This document shows positions 47,686 through 60,454 of a stretch of DNA of 64,000 nucleotides, piece after piece. The translations under genes and the position numbers were made by a program. The stretch covers positions 29,264,001 through 29,328,000 of the forward strand of contig NW_027266271.1 in assembly GCF_022045235.1 (NCBI RefSeq). The letters are read 5' to 3'. Each line of letters starts with the position of its first letter. Position 1 is the first letter of the stretch. The notes under the pieces were generated by a model, which worked only from the letters and a program-made list of their open reading frames with translations, was not told the DNA's origin and ran no database searches. This DNA comes from Haliotis cracherodii. Lineage: Eukaryota.

Positions 47686-49960
47686 GAGGAGAGTACTAGA
47701 TGGGTGGAGTGAGGTGAGGAGAGTACTAGATGGGTGGAGTGAGGTGAGGAGGGTACTAGATGGGTGGAGTGAGGTGAGGAGAATACTAGGTGGGTGGAGT
47801 GAGCTGGAGAGGGTACTAGATGGGTGGAGTGGGGTGAGGAGGGTACTAGATGGATGGAGTGGGGTGAGGAGGGTACTAGATGGGTGGAGTGAGGTGGAGA
47901 GGGTACTAGATGGGTGGAGTGAGGTGAGGAGAGTACTAGATGGGTGGAGTGAGGTGAGGAGGGTACTAGATGGGTGGAGTGAGGTGAGGAGAGTACTAGA
48001 TGGGTGGAGTGAGGTGAGGAGAATACTAGATGGGTGGAGTGAGGTGAGGAGGGTACTAGATGGGTGGAGTGAGGTGAGGAGAATACTAGGTGGGTGGAGT
48101 GAGGTGAGGAGGGAACTAGATGGGTGGAGTGAGGTGAGGAGAATACTAGGTGGGTGGAGTGGGGTGAGGAGGGTACTAGATGGGTGGAGTGAGGTGAGGA
48201 GAATACTAGGTGGGTGGAGTGAGGTGAGGAGGGAACTAGATGGGTGGAGTGAGGTGAGGAGAATACTAGGTGGGTGGAGTGAGGTGAGGAGGGTACTAGA
48301 TGGGTGGAGTGAGGTGAGGAGAATACTAGGTGGGTGGAGTGAGGTGGAGAGGGTACTAGATGGGTGGAGTGAGGTGAGGAGGGTACTAGGTGGGTGGAGT
48401 GAGGTGAGGAGGGTACTAGATGGGTGGAGTGAGGTGAGGAGAATACTAGGTGGGTGGAGTGAGGTGGAGAGGGTACTAGATGGGTGGAGTGAGGTGAGGA
48501 GGGTACTAGGTGGGTGGATTGGGGTGAGGAGGGTACTAGATGGGTGGAGTGAGGTGAGGAGAGTACTAGATGGGTGGAGTGAGGTGAGGAGGGTACTAGA
48601 TGGGTGGAGTGGGGTGAGGAGGGTACTAGATGGGTGGAGTGAGGTGAGGAGGGTACTAGATGGGTGGAGTGGGGTGAGGAGGGTATTAGATGGGTGGAGT
48701 GAGGTGGAGAGGGTACTAGATGGGTGGAGTGAGATGAGGAGGGCACTAGATGGGTGGAGTGAGGTGAGGAGGGTACTAGATGGATGGAGTGAGGTGAGGA
48801 GGGTACTAGATGGGTGGAGTGGGGTGAGGAGGGTATTAGATGGGTGGAGTGAGGTGGAGAGGGTACTAGATGGGTGGAGTGAGATGAGGAGGGTATTAGA
48901 TGGGTGGAGTGAGGTGAGGAGGGTACTAGATGGGTGGAGTGGGGTGAGGAGGGTATTAGATGGGTGGAGTGAGGTGGAGAGGGTACTAGATGGGTGGAGT
49001 GAGATGAGGAGGGTATTAGATGGGTGGAGTGAGGTGAGGAGGGTACTAGATGGGTGGAGTGGGGTGAGGAGGGTACTAGATGGATGGAGTGGGGTGAGGA
49101 GGGTACTAGATGGATGGAGTGAGATGAGGAGAGTACTAGATGGGTGGAGTGAGGTGAGGAGGGTACTAGATGGGTGGAGTGAGGTGAGGAGAATACTAGG
49201 TGGGTGGAGTGAGGTGGAGAGGGTACTAGATGGGTGGAGTGAGGTGAGGAGGGTACTAGGTGGGTGGATTGGGGTGAGGAGGGTACTAGATGGGTGGAGT
49301 GAGGTGAGGAGAGTACTAGATGGGTGGAGTGAGGTGAGGAGGGTACTAGATGGGTGGAGTGGGGTGAGGAGGGTACTAGATGGGTGGAGTGAGGTGAGGA
49401 GGGTACTAGATGGGTGGAGTGGGGTGAGGAGGGTATTAGATGGGTGGAGTGAGGTGGAGAGGGTACTAGATGGGTGGAGTGAGATGAGGAGGGCACTAGA
49501 TGGGTGGAGTGAGGTGAGGAGGGTACTAGATGGATGGAGTGAGGTGAGGAGGGTACTAGATGGGTGGTGTGGGGTGAGGAGGGTATTAGATGGGTGGAGT
49601 GAGGTGGAGAGGGTACTAGATGGGTGGAGTGAGATGAGGAGGGTATTAGATGGGTGGAGTGAGGTGAGGAGGGTACTAGATGGGTGGAGTGGGGTGAGGA
49701 GGGTATTAGATGGGTGGAGTGAGGTGGAGAGGGTACTAGATGGGTGGAGTGAGATGAGGAGGGTATTAGATGGGTGGAGTGAGGTGAGGAGGGTACTAGA
49801 TGGGTGGAGTGGGGTGAGGAGGGTACTAGATGGATGGAGTGGGGTGAGGAGGGTACTAGATGGATGGAGTGAGATGAGGAGAGTACTAGATGGGTGGAGT
49901 GAGGTGGAGAGGGTACTAGATGGGTGGAGTGAGGTTGGAGGGTACTAGATGGATTGAGTG
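47686..49960. repeat. Minisatellite, exact 30 bp unit, ~75 copies, with 750-bp higher-order duplication
   Basis: Unit gggtactagatgggtggagtgaggtgagga; source of the 761 aa and 813 aa repeat ORFs. Confidence 0.97.
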
Positions 49961-50321
49961 AGGAGGGGTATTGGTGGACGAGGGTGTTAGGTGAGGAATA
50001 GATTTGTGGGGTAAGGTGGGACTTTATAGTTTGTATGGTGGTGTGTCTTGAGGGACCGGGGGTGTATACTGGTTGGGGTGGAAATTCAATAGCAGGTGTG
50101 TACAAGTTGGCATTCACCTCTCAAACCGTTACCGACTGTGTTCCACGGCATCTTGATACATGCATACGCCACACACAGTTCTCAGGTGAGCGTTACTTTA
50201 ATCAGATTCCTCAACATTCATTCAGTCAGTGTTTATTCCAGTTATTGTTGAAGTGTATAATGTTTCCCGATCCGGGGCAGGACGCTCTAACCTACCCAGT
50301 CGTCTACATCACATTTGAACA

Positions 50322-50510
50322 TGGCCTTACTCCAAGGCTGTACTGAAAGACAAGTCCATGGATGTGTAGTAATTCTATCCTCCTAATAGACAAGTCAAGA
50401 TATGTAAAGACTCCAGTCTCCTACAGGGACAAATTGTTCTTATTAGTTACGTAATCTAGAAATTATGATTTACACTAATAATTAATTCCTTAGAGACTTG
50501 TGCAAGTCTA
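50322..50510 (+). mobile_element. MITE-like family E copy
   Basis: Homologous to 15920-16114 and 59943-60140. Confidence 0.78.
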
Positions 50511-52229
50511 ATTTGAACACAGTGGCCGCTATAAGTACACACTAGGAAGATTCAGAATAGGAACTCTGTGTACTGAAATCCCGTGAATACGAACGGTAGC
50601 GGACCCCCCCCCCCCCCCCCCCAACACACACACACACTACTCCCCCCTGAAATCATCTAGCAGATGGCTATACAGTTCCACTGTGTTTACATGTCATCGC
50701 TCCCAACAGAAATCGCCCAGAAGGTTTCATTGTATCGAAATTCCTTAATCATGGTAATAACTCAATGCGACCGGATGAGAATTCGTCTCTACAAGAATTC
50801 GTCATACCCGACTGTATGCTCCTACCAATATGCCGCTATAACATGTGGTACACTATACAACTGTATACGCTGTATTCCCGCACCTTGTTAAGTATCGGTG
50901 AACAAACTCTTTTATAGACTGCGTTGATATCACAAGCCCATCAGAATTCAGATCCAAATTTCAACGTCCCCGACTAGGCGTGCTCAAGCTCAAATACGTT
51001 GGTCCTCATGAATTTAAAGCTCTGAGATCTGTCCAAAATCTGGTCCCCAGCACTGGCAGACGCTTAGTTAGGAAAGTTTTGTTTTCCTGGATACATTTCC
51101 TTTGATACGAATTTAAAGCACTTGTCGTTTATCGTGCGGTGTTGTTGTTTATCAAATGTCGGTATATTGTTTGTGAGCGACTAGCGAGACAGGGTTGCAC
51201 CCCCCTCCCCCCTCAACACACAGCGCCACATTCACATTCAATACAACCTGCAAATACGTGGCGCCTTTAACCCCATGTAGCACAGTAACTCAAACTGTAT
51301 CGAATTTTCTCCCGAGAGGGCAAACTTTTTAAATTTGTTCTTATACTTAGTGCGTCCCCCTCTGGCACGTGTAAGGATAGAAATATCTCGCGAGATATTG
51401 ATCCAAGTCGAGGCTATGACGTCACTAACAACTTGCGCCTAATACTACATGGTACGGGTCTATGGTGCCTGAATATTTGTCCGACTCTAGAATCTTACAA
51501 CATTTCCGAACTGAGATAGTGTCAATTGAGTCTCAAGGCGTGGTTGTAAATCAAGGTCGAAGCTGGTTTAAATACACATGTATTCATGTGGTGAAATGTT
51601 TGCAAGATTGCAGTGAATACTAAAACAAATTTTACGGTTGAAGCCGGGAGACTGGCTGTCATATGACAAGAGTGCGTCCATAGACACGTTATTGATGTCA
51701 CGCATATAAACTTACGTCGTCCGCCAAGACTGGATGTGCGTTGTGTCAGGTACTCCCATTTGAAAATGACATGATATACGCACGTCGTCAAATTGGGCAT
51801 TGTGTATAACTCCCTCTTATTCAAGTGGCGTGTTTGTGTCGGGTCTCAGGTTCGGTGTCGAGTGTTGGAGATGAGGCTGAATGTTAGGTACATGATGTCA
51901 GGAACGCAACAAATTCTTGACAATTTCAGATTTAATGTTTCTGTCAATTATGATATGCTTTGCGCTGAGGTTCACATGTACCCCCACTGATCTACATAAT
52001 GTAAATGCAATGATAATAGTTCCTGTGATATATGTGTGGACTATGATTATGGTGATTACAAAAGCGGTAAGTATTTATATATACATGGTGTACATGGGCG
52101 GATACAGAGGGGGGTGCGCATCCCCCCCCCCCCCCCCCCCGTTTTATTTCGAAAAAAATCTTTATTTCTGTATGAATTACCACCAAAGACAATAAATAGA
52201 TCTTAATTGTGCACACAACCCCCACAACC

Positions 52230-52421
52230 CAGAGTTGAGTTCCTTTGGTACGCCAGAAACTTATGACCGTGGGTTCGAATTCTGGTTCGACTCGATTCTG
52301 TTTCTAAATTTGTCAGCACCATACCCGTGCTCGTGGGCTTCACTAAAGAGGTAAACGTCTGAGACTTCTTTAATCTAACTTGACTACTGTTCAAAGCAGC
52401 GTTCAACGAAACTCGCTCACT
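52230..52421 (+). mobile_element. Degenerate SINE family D
   Basis: cgccagaaacttatgaccgtgggttcgaattc...gtcagcaccatacccgtgctcgtggg. Confidence 0.75.
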
Positions 52422-53701
52422 TAAAAGTGTTATTCGAGAGAATATTTAAGCGCGATAACTTGGCGGATTGTGTGTAATATTTAAGCGCGATAACTTGGCG
52501 GATTGTGATTTCGTGAATCTGTGCCATTGTTCATGCTGTCATCCACTGGTTTACCCCCTCCAGACTCGGTTATATAGGCCGCTGGAGTATTTCTGAAAGC
52601 GGAGACACAACACACACTAAATAAATTCATTTACGTTTGAATAATCATAAATTCGTCTGTAATTTTGTGGTTAATTAGATGTAACCGTTACTACTCAAGT
52701 GCCTGGTCGTTCAAGTCGTAACATGTCGGAGTCGTAAAGTCCTTCACGTAAACAACGTTTTCTTTTTGACGCCACGAACATCTGTGACCTCCTAAGTCGT
52801 CCAACCATGACGACGCCCCCCGGCATGTGGTCTACACCATACAGCTTCTCCCCTCACGTCACACACGTCACAGTTTACGCACACGTGGGCGACGGAAGGG
52901 ATGTCGCCTTTAGCCATGCTTGGTTAAACCACAGCATATATTTTTTTGTTTTTATACTAGATGAGTAGATCGGAAAAAAATGATTTTTTTCTTCTATTTC
53001 CCAACCACTCCATTCTCAGTTACCAAATGTACTAAATCGAATGTTATATCACAGTAGCGATTGTTGTAAATTTGTTTGTTGCAAATAATTGAAAGGCTTG
53101 TAAGATATCGAGTGCTGGAGTGGCCAGATTGAAACAGGAAGTGTGATTTAGAGTTACCTCCCTTTGTTGTTTACAAGCACAAGACCGCTTGCCCATTCAA
53201 GATGTTTTGTGATGGGACATTTGCTGGACGGCTACACTCTATCTCCAGAATATTCCCATGGCATCTCTTGTAAATGTCGAGACCAGTTCCTTATTAATAT
53301 TGCAAAACATTTATAAATGATCTATTAATAAATAATTCTTTCGGCTGAGTTTCAGTTCCGTCGTCCCGGATATCTTGCTATGTACCAGTGTATCATCTGC
53401 ATGCATGTACTTGTATTCTGTAATGTATTCTTTGTATCACCTACTTAGGCTACATAACTGTATACAGGTATAACACAACAAACAACATTGTGTCGAGAAA
53501 GAGAGAAGTGAAAATTCAAAGAGAGGAGAGAAAATTCAAATAGAGGAGAGAGAATTCAAAATGAAAGAGAGGAGGGAGAATACATAGAGAAAGAGAGGAG
53601 AGAGAATACATAGAGAAAGAGAGGAGAAGAATTCAAAGAGAAAGAGAGGAGAGAGAATACAAAAAGAGAGAGGAGAGAGAGAGAGAATTCAGACTGATGT
53701 T

Positions 53702-53826
53702 GTGAGTGAGCGAGTATCGTTTTATTAATATTTTAGCAATACTCCAGCAATATCATGGCGGGGAGGACGAAGCCGGGTCTTCAGTGTGACGGGCGAACGC
53801 TTTCACCACCATGCTTCCCCACCGCC
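53702..53826 (-). mobile_element. Degenerate SINE family B
   Basis: gtgagtgag...ttttagcaatactccagcaatatc...gggtcttcagtgtgacgggcgaacgcttt. Confidence 0.7.
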
Positions 53827-53899
53827 TGTCGGATTGAGGCAATTCTGACAGCAAAACAGACATACTTCCTCTCAAAATGACCCACATTACTTAAATGTG

Positions 53900-54865
53900 A
53901 CTAACAATATCACACTAGCCCCCTCCTTTCAAGAAAAAGTTGAGAATTTGTTCTTGCATTTTGAACAACAAATTTGAAATGACCAAAAGAACATTGGGTA
54001 ATGTTATTGCAATGTGTATTAAAAGGCTTAAGAAGTCACGGCAACGCCATCAGTGGAGGTTACTTCAAGTTATGATGAGAAGGATGAATTGGTCCTTGGG
54101 GCAGAGTAGTACTTTGAGTAGTGAAAGAAAGGGGAGTTCATCTTTATGTGGAGTTCGCTGGGAAAAGGAGACTTTCTTTGATGGATTTTTTTTATTGATG
54201 CTGTTTGGTCAGGATAATGACACGTTCAACCGGAATCCTAGAAGCCATTCCATTGAGGAAAACTACTGTCCCGGTTATTGTTAAAGCTTTGATTAAGTTC
54301 TCCACCATGGTTAGATTACCTAAAGTAGTTTAGTCTGATCAAGGGTCGATTTTCATGTCAGGGTTGTCTCATCAGCTCATGTATAAGATGGGAATATCAA
54401 ATCTAGCCCTTATCACCCTGAGTCACAAGGTGATTGGAGAGATTTCATCAGACTCTTAAAATATGATCAGGTTTCACTGTCATGGTCTCAGTACAGGACT
54501 CATTAGGGCTGAGTCCCTTAAAGTCTTGGTCACACGGTAAGAGGACCACTTAAGCATTTGAAAGAACAATGACTCTTATGAACAATCAGACTTGAATTTA
54601 CAAGACTCTGCGTCCGAACTAGACTTCTGAGGGCTACTGAAGTTGCCAGGAAGTTTTTCAAGGCATCACAGGACAAAACAAAAGCCAAAAAATCAGCGGT
54701 CCTGGGGGTGTTTTGGAATTGTTACCCGTTCCAAGTCAACGATTGAAGGCCACATACCATGGTCCTAAAGTGAATAATAAACAATGACAGCATTGTACAA
54801 AGTCGTTTGAAACGACAAAACAATAAAAGGTTCTGACATTTTAATGTGATAAAGAAATATCATGG
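53900..54865 (+). mobile_element. Decayed Gypsy/Ty3 LTR retrotransposon (mainly integrase)
   Basis: Frameshifted EAIPLRKTTVPVIVKALIKFSTMVRLPKVV*SDQGSIFMS...SPYHPESQG..ERFHQTLK, GHTVRGPL, LLPVP...YHGP: rve core plus GPY/F-like region; LFLHFEQ gag-like piece upstream. Confidence 0.85.
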
Positions 54866-55220
54866 ACAATGTACCACCAAACTGTCTGGTGGCCGTTTCT
54901 CCTGTTGCATCGGCGTCAGATGAGTGCGGCTCTGCTTGTGCTTTACCAGATGCGTGTCAGCTTCATCAGTGCACGGTTGCGACACGTGGGCTAACACATT
55001 CACCCGTTCCCTTGCAATGGCACATCAGTTACGTTGTAGCACAGGTGTGCACCGACCACGTCATCACACATTCATTAGAGTGGCATTACCATTTGAAGAG
55101 GATCCCTGCTCACTTTGAACAACTTTCACAGGCAACATTGACGGTAAATCTTGCACATGTAACCTTGCTCAGGCACATGTAACACTCTCAGGTCATGGAG
55201 TCAGTCGAGGTCAGGTGCAA

Positions 55221-55752
55221 CCCATCTTCCCGAGGCAAGGGAGTTAACTGACTATAAAAGTCCAGTTTCCACCCTTGCCCAACTAGGCTGGTATTATGGA
55301 GTTACATTGTGGCTGGACTAACGAGTCTATGCATAGTCCAATCAAAATCGCGCAACGAAATAGAAATCCGGTTCGTAAACTGTCGTGCAGATTTCGGTCG
55401 ATTGCAAGATTGGCAGAACATATGCACCGCCAACTCGTTGTCAGCAGATATTTTCCAAATCTTTTCATGTTTTTAATCAAGGAGCTCACGTGATTTGATG
55501 CATTTCGCGATGTAAGACCCGTTTTAGCACAATATAGATCTTTATTATAAGTCAGATCGTCCTGACTGGGCGCAACCATTTTGTGTGAAGCAAATGCAAG
55601 TGATCCGAGAGGTGGAATCTGATTGGTCCATAGGAGAGGCTTAGAGGGGACATAACTGGTAATAGCCGCTGGTGGCGCTACGATCGCGTCCAGTAATTCC
55701 AGCCTAGTTCGACTTTTGTAGCCAGTTAACTCCCTTTCCTCGGGAAGATGGG
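55221..55752. mobile_element. 532-bp non-autonomous DNA transposon (MITE family F)
   Basis: 42-bp TIRs cccatcttcccgagg(c/a)aagggagttaactg(a/g)cta(t/c)aaaagtc with 3 mismatches; subterminal IR aactaggctgg; flanked by direct repeat TGCAA. Confidence 0.88.
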
Positions 55753-55885
55753 TGCAACCGGTCAGTGCAAAAATAGATATTATTGCACATTTCACAGTTC
55801 TAGCAAATAAATTAACTAAGGAACTCAAGAGATTTCGGGGTATGACTTGCAACTTCAGAACATTTTGTAAAACTGTCTCTGATAT

Positions 55886-56122
55886 TTGTTGTTTAACGCC
55901 GCACTCAACAATATTCCAGCTATATGACTGGACAAGACAATCCTGTGATTGACATCATGAGCATCGATCCATCCACGCAAATGGGATACGATGACATGCA
56001 TCAACCAAGTCAGCGAGCCTGACAACCCGATCCCGTTAGTCGCCTCTTACGACAAGCACAGTCGCCTTTTACGGCAAGCATGGGTGGCTGAAGACCCATT
56101 CCAACCTGGATCTTCACGGGTC
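55886..56122 (-). mobile_element. SINE family A, near full length
   Basis: Reverse complement of 984-1256 with an internal deletion. Confidence 0.88.
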
Positions 56123-56227
56123 TTACGATCACTGAACATTTCAAAGGGATGTTCGCAAAGTACCTCAAAATGTTGCAAGGACAAAATCAAGGCTAGGCTA
56201 TTCCTTCTCAACTGTATATGATTAACT

Positions 56228-57170
56228 GTAGTGGTAGTGGTAGTGGTGGTGGTAGTGGTAGCGGTGGTAGTGGTGGCGGTGGTAGTGGTAGTGGTGGTAG
56301 TAGTGGTTGTGATGGCGGTGGTGGTTGTGGTAGTGGTGCAAGTGGTTGTGTTAGTGGTTGTGTTGGCGGTTGTAGTGGTAGTGGTAGTGGTAGAGGTGGT
56401 GGTAGTGGCTGTGTTGGCGGTGGTGGTAGTAGTAGTAGTGGTAGTGGTGGTAGAGGTAGTGGTGGTGTTGGTAGTGGTGGTGTTGGCGGTTGTAGCGGTA
56501 GTGGTAGTGGTTGTGATGGTTGTGTTGGTAGTTGAAGTAGTGGTGGCGGTGGTAGTGGTTGCCGTGGTAGTGGTAGTGGTAGTCGTGGTGGTAGTGGTAG
56601 TGGTGGCGGTGGCTGTGGTAGTGGTGGTGTTGGTAGTGGTTGTGGTAGCGGTGGTAGTGGTGGTGGTGGTAGTGGTTGTGGTAGCGGTGGCGGTGGTAGT
56701 GGTGGTAGGGGTAGTGGTAGTAGTAGTGGTGGTAGTGGAAGTGGTAGTTGTGGTAGTGGTAGTTTGACAGGGACAGCGGAGACGGCATCCTGCATGTGTG
56801 GTGCTGTGTGGGAGTGGTAGTGGTAGTGGGAGTGGGAGTGGTGTTGGTAGTGGTAGTGGTAGTTTGACAGGGACAGCGGAGACGGCATCCTGCATGTGTG
56901 GTGCTGTGTGGGAGCGGTGTTGGTAGTTGTAGTGGCAGTGGCAGTGGTAGTTTGACAGGGACAGCGGAGACGGCATCCTGTATGTGTGGTGCTGTGTGGC
57001 AGTGGTAGTGGTAGTGGTAGTGGTAGTGGTAGTGGTAGTTTGACAGGGACAGCGGAGACGGCATCCTGTATGTGTGGTGCTGTGTGGGAGTGGTAGTGGT
57101 AGTGGTAGTTTGACAGGGACAGCGGAGACGGCATCCTGCATGTGTGGTGCTGTGTGGGAGTGGTGTTAGC
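56228..57170. repeat. (GTR)n trinucleotide low-complexity tract followed by a composite repeat
   Basis: gtg/gta runs 56228-56762, then 5 copies of tttgacagggacagcggagacggcatcctgYatgtgtggtgctgtgtgg separated by variable (gtagtg)n. Confidence 0.93.
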
Positions 57171-57649
57171 TGTGTCAAGGACAGCTGTTACAGCAGAATC
57201 AATGGTTGATATATGTCCTTGTTCGCCGAAGAATCTATTTAACTTGAAAGGAAAATATATCAATAGACGCAGCCCAAACCAAGGTCTGCATCAGGTTTGT
57301 GTCCATGTGTCAACTAAAGCATGATCCCAAATTGATTATGACAATCAGGGTGCTTAATATCCGCAGTATGTCGTCAATCAATTGATGCAACTTGACATGT
57401 TTTCAACATTTGATCAAATAAAAAAAAACGGTCCGTCTTTCCACATGAAAGAGATGCATTTTTCCAAAACCAGCTTCACGCGGCAGTGCACTCTCATTCG
57501 TCGAGCACTGCAGGACTAAAATAACAGGGGAACCAGCTTCTTTAACTCGAAGTCCTCCCGCGCTGACTACACGTCGAGTAATCTGTTAACGAGTCGATGT
57601 TGGACCATTGTGACGATAAAGATTCAACTCACCTTAAACATAGATCATC

Positions 57650-59160
57650 TTAATGGGTATATCATGACAATGGGGAGAGATTCAGTTTCAGTTCACAAGG
57701 AACTATGGTCGTGAGGATGTTAAAGTCAAGTAGAGTGTTAGGTCGATTTTCCGGCAACACTAAAACAAACCTTCTTCACGTTGATACCATTCATTTGGAA
57801 TATTTGGTAGCTCTCCTTCAGGAACCATTGAGACCCTACAAAGTAAGATCAAGACTATACTCATTGAAAGAAATTAAACGACCCCAGACACTTTTGCTGA
57901 TGGATGGATCTGCAATAAGTAAAAACTCACTGTATCGACTAGAGAGTATAGTTCTTGATATTGAATCGAAATGTTTGGCCAGACCAAGAACAGACTCCAT
58001 TAAATCAGACAAAGACAGCATGTGCAAGAATATGAAATTTGTAAATATGGCAATTGATGCCTTAAACTTAAATATAGCGACAAAACCTCTTCCTCAGCCA
58101 CAATAAGTAGCATCCTCAGACAAAAATCAGTTTCCCAAAATGTCCCATAATATTTCAAATTTCAGGAGCCACCAACTGTTTTATCTTCCTATACGAGCAC
58201 CATTTAATCCAAACTGAAAAGGAGGAAACAATACACCCATTCTGTCCCAGCCAGCTGTCCTCCAAAGTCTGGCTGTCCTACATGAAAGTGTGTTGTTGTT
58301 CCCACTGACAAGGCAAACCAGCATTATAAGTAAGGTTGACCTGACGCTAAAACCTGAAGATACGTCCATTTAACGAGTGTACAGGATTCCAAATCTCCAT
58401 GAAAATCAGCACAGAGATATATATTTAGGGTCTAGCAAATGTACCACCAAATCCCTGTCTCAAAGTTTAACCATAACCTTTAAAACAATCAAAGAGAATT
58501 TTTAACTTTATACACCTCTATCCCACATGGCAAACTTACGGAAAAAACTTCACTCCTTGATCCATGGGGCATTTGTTACTAAACGTGGTGACATTATAGA
58601 TACAGCTACATATCTTCAGAGGTTCGGGACAATTCGTCAAAAAGGAATCAAATGCCTTCTGAGTTTCATTGAAAAAACAATATTTGAAAAGTTGGACGTG
58701 ACATTTAGTCAAGAAATAGGCATCCCCGTGGGCACCAACTGTGCCCCCCTTCTGGCTGACCTGTTTCTTTATGCATATGAATCGAAATTTATGCTCGGAT
58801 TGGCAAAGTCAAAACAAGGCAATTTGTCCAGTACGTGTAACCTCAGCTTTATCGATGATCTGATATGCTCAATAACGGCCACATAGCCAATTCTCCACCA
58901 CTTACCAACCTACCTGAACTGTGGTAAAACTAATATCCACAAGACTGTACGACAAGAGGGGACTCCAACTTTCTTAAAGCCAACTTTCCCCTTATGTTTC
59001 CCCTAATATTCCAGCAGTTCCAGCCATTGGTGTCTACATTTAACAACTTTTGAGTTACGATCGTGCTCTTTCCCCGAAAAGTTCAAGGTTGATCAAGGTT
59101 ACAACATTCACGACCTCAGTAAAGCATTTAAAATGTTTTATGGTAGACATCAGTGTCAGA
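57650..59160 (+). mobile_element. Decayed Penelope-like retroelement (reverse transcriptase)
   Basis: FVNMAIDALNL, SSILRQKSV..VP.YFK, YRIPNLH, GSSKCTTKSLS, QEIGIPVGTNCAPLLADLFLYAYE, FIDDL, LYDKR, NIPAVPAIGVY: PLE-type RT motifs with many frameshifts and deletions. Confidence 0.85.
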
Positions 59161-59942
59161 AATGATGTACAATGCAATTATTTATTTTGTTTATTTTATT
59201 TAAGTACTGGAAACAACGTTCATCGACATTTATGTGTAAATATAAGACCATGTTCATATTTGCTGTGGGAGAAAATTCAATAAAAGTGTGTATGTAGAAT
59301 ATAGTTTTGTATATCATTTCAAAAGCAAAGAACGTTTATGCTTATGGCAGAAAAAACGAAAGTAATACCATCCGTCCGTCCGTCCGTCCGTCTCACGAGC
59401 AATCCGTAGTTCCAGATGAGGGGCGTGCCGATGTTGCCCCCAGGGGTGAGAAGGAGCCAAAGCTACGTCACTTTAAATGCATTATCGAGTTTATCAAACA
59501 GGTTTCTGTGTGCATTTAGAAAGTATCAAGTGGCCATGCCTACACCAACTGTTCCATCATACTCTCCATCAATCTATACATAACTGTATATGGCAGGTCC
59601 ACAATTACTTTGCAGGATGCAAGCCATATGCTTTCAAGTGTGTTTTATTCGATCCACATCACTCTGGTCTAATTCAGTCCCTTGAAGGGCTCCAGGAACA
59701 GGAACAATACAGCAGAAATAAGTAATTAGATGATTTTCATTTCATAAAAAAGAATTGTCACGCCAGAGCCAAGTAGGAGCACATTCGCCGCTCGCTGGAA
59801 ATCACCCAAGTTAATAACCTTCATATTTCATACTTGCCACATTCAATCAATCAAATCGCAGCCCCACAAATTTACAAAAACGGGATGAAGAGCTTCTCCA
59901 TCTTGTTACCGCAGCAATTCATCAACTCAGGCTGCAAGTGGC

Positions 59943-60140
59943 TGGACTTGCACAAGTCTCTTAGGCACTACATATGAGTTTAAATCATAAGTTCTAGATT
60001 ATGTATATAATAAGAACAAGTTGTCCCTGTAAGAGACTGGAGTCCTGTACTGTCCACATATCTAGACTTGACTATAAGGAGGATAGAATTACTTCACATC
60101 CATGGACTTTTCTTTCAGTACCAGCTTTGGAGCAAGCCTA
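59943..60140 (-). mobile_element. MITE-like family E copy
   Basis: Reverse complement of 50322-50510. Confidence 0.78.
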
Positions 60141-60454
60141 GCCCGTCCCCTGCCCTCTTCGTGGCTGGCTTGGGAACCTCGGCAATCTGATTCAAAGCTT
60201 TCGAATCTGTGAGATTATCCTGTTTCCCCTGGGCGTGGGGGGGGGGGGTACTAGGGGCTGCTTCGTGGCTCTAAGGGGCAACTTATGTGTACAGACACAT
60301 GGGGTCTCATGTAGTTGTTCTCGCCTAGTTGACACGGCCGGATCTGTTGTTGAGAAATTAAAGAGCGTAAGATCAAAACGTTGAAGTCGAACCGATAAAT
60401 ACATGCCGATTCTGTAGAACTGACGTTGACCTGAGAATAACATTGCATATGTAC

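Noticed and set aside
55283-55852. 189-aa minus-strand ORF
   Set aside because: Crosses the TIR of a non-autonomous element and shows no transposase or other motif.
56763-57170. CRISPR-like repeat-spacer pattern
   Set aside because: Spacers are microsatellite rather than unique sequence; eukaryotic context; no cas genes.
56047-57263. Mucin-like, poly-Pro, poly-His and poly-Val ORFs
   Set aside because: Trinucleotide low-complexity DNA open in many frames; no convincing splice context or signal peptide.
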